Shown here: positions 59,327-64,000 of the stretch, piece after piece
How positions within the stretch are numbered: the first letter of the stretch is position 1
Layout of the letters: each line of letters opens with the position of its first letter
Source: Eledone cirrhosa
Taxonomy: Eukaryota
NCBI GenBank assembly: GCA_964016885.1
Contig: OZ024741.1
Coordinates: 182,590,001-182,654,000 of the forward strand
Direction of reading: 5' to 3'
Length of the DNA: 64,000 nt
Program-made: the position numbers and the translations under genes
Notes under the pieces: model-generated
What the model saw: only the letters and a program-made list of their open reading frames with translations
Databases searched by the model: none
Told to the model about the DNA's origin: nothing

Positions 59327-59919
59327 TGAGTTGAGATGGAGGGTCTGTGGTTTTTCTCACATCTGGTTGGTCTCTAAATGTTACTTGTTTTATATGGAAA
59401 AAGTGGCTCGAAAACCAGGTTTTTCGAGAAGTAATTTGATTGGTTTGTCAATAATTATAATAAATTTCGCGCCAGTTCGCGTTACAATAGTTCTTCAAAT
59501 AAGAGAGGGGGGGGTTGTCACAGGTTGTTTTTTCATATATGACAACCCAACCCCCCCCCCCCCCTCTCTTATTTGAAGAACTATTGTAACGCGAACTGGC
59601 GCGAAATTTATTATAATTATTGACAAACCAATCAAATTACTTCTCGAAAAACCTGGTTTTCGAGCCACTTTTTCCATATAAAACAAGTAACATTTAGAGA
59701 CCAACCAGATGTGAGAAAAACCACAGACCCTCCATCTCAACTCACCTTTTGAAAAGCAGAAGAACTGCGAAACCGGTAAAGGAACCAAATAAATATATAT
59801 ATTTTTTAAAAAAATAAGACTTCAGTTGCATTTTCGATTTCATCCCTTTTTCTTTATACTTCCACTCGTGTAGGACACCTCGGTTATTTTTCATTTTGTA
59901 AAAAAAACCTCACTTTCTA

Positions 59920-60031
<112 letters not shown>

Positions 60032-60120
60032 GTGCGTGTGTGTGTGTGTATACAAATAGTGAAAACAATGAAATTAAACAAAATACGGGTAATTCATAGT
60101 AAAACTCATTATTTTACGAT

Positions 60121-60310
60121 CGGTGGATTGGCAGTATCGGTAGAGGGTCGGACGCCATGCTTTGCAGCACAGTTACGTCCCTTTACGGACTGCGTTCAAA
60201 TCCTGCCGAGTTTAACTTTGCCTTTCATCCTTACGGGGTCGATAAAATAAAGTACCAGTAATACACTGGGATAATTGCTGGCCTTGTGCCAAAAAGTAGA
60301 AACAATTATT
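60121..60310 (+). mobile_element. SINE copy with target-site duplication attattttacgatcg
   Basis: The duplicated sequence is seen at about 60108 and 60305. Confidence 0.85.
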
Positions 60311-60440
60311 TTACGATCGTTTCTAGGTGGTAGTTCTCCGTATGTTCATTCTATTAGTGATCTATGTAAAATCTATTACAAATTATCAAAGTAAGAAAAT
60401 ATACATACGTCTTCCCTACCCGCCGTCTTCAGAAATAATA
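60305..60440 (-). ncRNA. Hammerhead motif with long stem II
   Basis: Reverse complement: attattt CTGAAGA cggcgggtag...ctaccaccta GAAA cgatcg TA aaataat. Confidence 0.65.
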
Positions 60441-61168
60441 CATGTATATATAGTTATCGTTAAGAAAACGTTGGAGATATAGGAAAAGGCACGTGCCTTA
60501 ATGGTCTGTATCCTTTTGTAGGGAATTCCACGAGTAGTCCTTGGAAGTCTCTTCATGTTGAGGAATTTTCTTTATTTCGAATTTTTGTTTTTGTTTTTAT
60601 TTCTCATTTTTTTTTCACTTTTCCATAAGCCCACACGGTACTGTATTTATGCCGTCCGTAAAGTGTGTGTTTTTTTCTTTCTTAACTTTGTAGTGAATAG
60701 AGAAATCATTATTCGTCATTTTTTTTTTCTGTTCATCTTTCCCCCGTAAATCACCCAGCTTTCCACATAATTCTCCTATTCTCTGTTAATAGATTTTTTT
60801 ATCATTAACACTAAAATCTCCTCTGTAACAAAATACAACTTAATTACATATGCATATATACACACATACAGACATATCCATACATATGCACATACATAGC
60901 CACACACATATAAATACTCACATACATACATATATAAAGGCATGATGTCCCAATACTTTTTAAATAATGCAAGATTTCTCTTCTCTGGAAGTGAAATTAT
61001 GGATGAGGTGAGCCAAATGTTGACCTGCTCTGTGCTGAGTGGAGACGTTGCTGAGTTTTTATTCTTAGAAATAGTTCAACAATGACAGTGTCATATGCTG
61101 CTTGCAGATCGTTTCGAGCTTTTTGGACTTTTGCTTTGATCTGCAATGCTGGAGACAAATAAAATTCA

Positions 61169-62270
61169 TGTGGATTGGCAGTATCGGTAGAGGGTCGGAT
61201 GCCATGCTTTGAAGCATAGAGTTACCTCCCTGTATGATCTGAGTTGAAATCCCGCCGAGGTTGACTTTGCCTTTCATCCTTACGGGGTCGATAAAATAAA
61301 GTACCAGTAATGCACTGGATAATTGCTGGCCTTGTGCCTAAAGTAGAAACAATTATTTGTTTTGGCAAGTTCATCCTTTGCTTTTCTGACCTTATTTGTT
61401 GTTCTTTTTCGTTTTTTTGTTTTTGTTTTGTTTTTGTGCGTGTGTTTTGTTTGTTTTTTGTTGTTTTTTGTTGCTTTTTTTTGTTTTTTGTTTGTTTCTT
61501 TGTTTTTTGTTTTTGTTTTTTGGGGGGCGGGGCTGTGAGTTAAGAGCAATATCCTCCACACTCTCTTTGATGAGATTGTATTTGGCAATTGCATATGCAT
61601 CTTTAGGGCAGAGGAATGAGAAGTGATTAAAAACCGAACAGTATAGTTGTTTGACAGGCTGTTATCATTGGTAACAAGATGCCAGTCAACGTGTTTCAAA
61701 GGATTTCCTGGTCGCTCTTTCTGTGTGTGAAAGCTGAGCTTTATTTTTACAAACACTATTCCGTCATTTGATAGTGCACTGTTGAAAGAAGAGTAGACAC
61801 GGCAATTGTTAATGCTGTTGATCCACTTCCTGCATACTAAGACGTGTAATGGTTAGCACTCTGGACTTTGAATCCAGCGATTTGAATTCACATATTCACA
61901 TACGCACATGCACATACACATTCATATATACATACACACGTGTATGCGGGTGTGTGAGTATGTGTACAAACCTTCATATTCCGCCGCCGAGGTTAACTCT
62001 GCTTTTTATCCTTACGGGGTCGATAAAATAAAGTACCAGTAATACACTGCATATAATTGCTGGCCTTGTGCCAAAAGTAGGAACAATTATATGGTAGCAT
62101 TGGTAAAGGGTTTGACATGCTTTCTAGCATAGAGTTACGTCCCTTTACGATCTGAGTTCAAATCCCGCCGAGGTTAACTTTGCCTTTCATCCATACGGGC
62201 GTCGATAAAATAAAGTACCAGTAATGCACTGGGTAATTGCTGGCCTTGTGACAAAAGTAGAAACAATTAT
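61169..62270 (+). mobile_element. SINE copies (61169-61357, about 61985-62090, 62090-62270)
   Basis: Match to the SINE consensus. Confidence 0.8.
61844..61890 (+). pseudogene. Truncated tRNA-Gln(TTG) pseudogene
   Basis: gtgtaatggttagcactctggactttgaatccagcgat matches the D arm and anticodon arm of metazoan tRNA-Gln; acceptor stem absent and T arm decayed. Confidence 0.75.
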
Positions 62271-62826
62271 AACAATATACACCCGGACATAATAAATATA
62301 TATTATGTTTCGCTATAAAATGCGAAGAAATCATAATACATACAAGAGATTCTCAACAGGTGTACCTGCAAATTATGAATTCCACATATGAGAGAGAGGA
62401 GAGATAACTAACTTCTGAGACGCACATGGTGTCAACGAAAGAGCAGTGTAAATCAGTTAGTCCAAGGTGGCTTCAATAGGCTATTAGGTCGCTAGAAATA
62501 GCAGTCCAGATCCAACCAAGTAGACAAAGGCTCTACAAATATTAATTAATAAATTAGGAGCCAAATATATCAAATCAAAAGGTAGAATTAAAAACTCACT
62601 ATAATTGATTTATTCTTTTAAATAATTTGCATATAACGCCCCATCCGTAGTTTTTATGTTCTTTACCAAGGTGGTATTTTATCCTCTATTATCTGACATA
62701 ATTTGTTGTGTGTCTTTCTCTCATTACTATGATTTATAAAGAGCTCTGTCTCTCTTCTTTGAGCTCCCTGGATCATAGGGGATTGTTGTGAGTTTTTAAC
62801 TGTACCATTTGAGTTGATATTATACG

Positions 62827-62944
<118 letters not shown>

Positions 62945-63176
62945 CATATGTGTGTGTGTATATATACACACACGTATATATATATATATATATCTATCTA
63001 AGGCGGGTAAAATTCCCGAGATCCATGGACGAGTTCTCTCCAGCGGTCTCTGTCCCTCATTATCGCTGCCATATCATGCATCTCCAACAGACCAGTGTCT
63101 GTCCTTAGGGCATCAACATACGTTAACCTTGGTCTTCCTCTTCTAGTGTGTCCATGTAGGGGCTCCCAAAGGAGCA

Positions 63177-63285
<109 letters not shown>

Positions 63286-63387
63286 CGAGAGAGAGATATG
63301 AGGAGGGGGTAATGATGTAAAATTCCCACGGCGGCTCCAAGCGGTTTCGGCTTGTGTGTCTCAGAATTGATTCTCACGTCCGTTTAT

Positions 63388-63465
<78 letters not shown>

Positions 63466-64000
63466 CAAGCGATATTAACGGTCGTAAGAATGAATACTCA
63501 ATACCGAAGTAGAGTTTAAATATTCTTGATTCTGTCCATATGGTAAATCTTGTTAGTCTGAAGTTTCACAGGATCATCAGACTTGTCTTGCCTGGTGACC
63601 CTGTAAGTGCAAATACACGACAACATTGGAATGTTTTATTTATTCATTTATTCCTTATTACGTTATTTTTGATATACATAAGATTTAATGTTTTCGTTGG
63701 TCTCTCTTTCACGCTAGTCATACAATATATTATAAGCGGTCGGCAAATATTTTACGTTATTTTCTCCAAATTCACCAAAGTCCGATATATGTTACAATTA
63801 AACATTATATTTTACTTAATTCGCAAGTAACTGGTGTTATATTTGTGTTTGTGTGTGTCTGTGTATGTATGTGTGTAAATGTATGTAAATGTATATATGA
63901 AAGTATGATTGTATGTATATGTATATGCGTGTGTATATATTTTTTTTTCCATACAAAAAAAAGAGAGATTACATATGCTCAGAAAAATATGGAAGAAATA

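Noticed and set aside
59283-59788. Two nearly identical 97-aa ORFs on opposite strands
   Set aside because: By-product of the fold-back duplication; non-ATG start and no recognisable domain.
61844-61890. Functional tRNA-Gln gene
   Set aside because: No acceptor stem and a degenerate T arm; reported as a pseudogene.

Overview
AT-rich, repeat-saturated animal genomic DNA, most likely an octopus or other coleoid cephalopod (inferred from the dominant tRNA-derived SINE, RTE-derived elements and very dense (TA)n/(CA)n microsatellites). Almost all ORFs in the track are microsatellite translations. The only host gene I can support is a stum/SPEC3-family membrane protein on the + strand: an internal 174-nt exon at 31396-31569 and a probable terminal exon at 34291-34355. 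I found no upstream exon, which implies an intron longer than 31 kb. The rest is transposon-derived: about 25 copies of one SINE (often in head-to-tail arrays), RTE and RLE-type LINE remnants, MITEs, a mariner remnant, two probable solo LTRs and many Penelope-like (GIY-YIG) fragments. The main unexplained-by-ORF signal is a dense set of about 20 type I hammerhead-ribozyme motifs read by eye from several unrelated short families embedded in (TA)n tracts. They include a compensatory U3-A8 core variant in three different families, U4C cores, minimal forms with palindromic stem III, and forms with ~105-115 nt inserted in stem II. The same fragments repeatedly form fold-back inverted repeats, up to a ~3.5 kb palindrome at 55603-59059. 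No searches or folding programs were run; all calls are manual.
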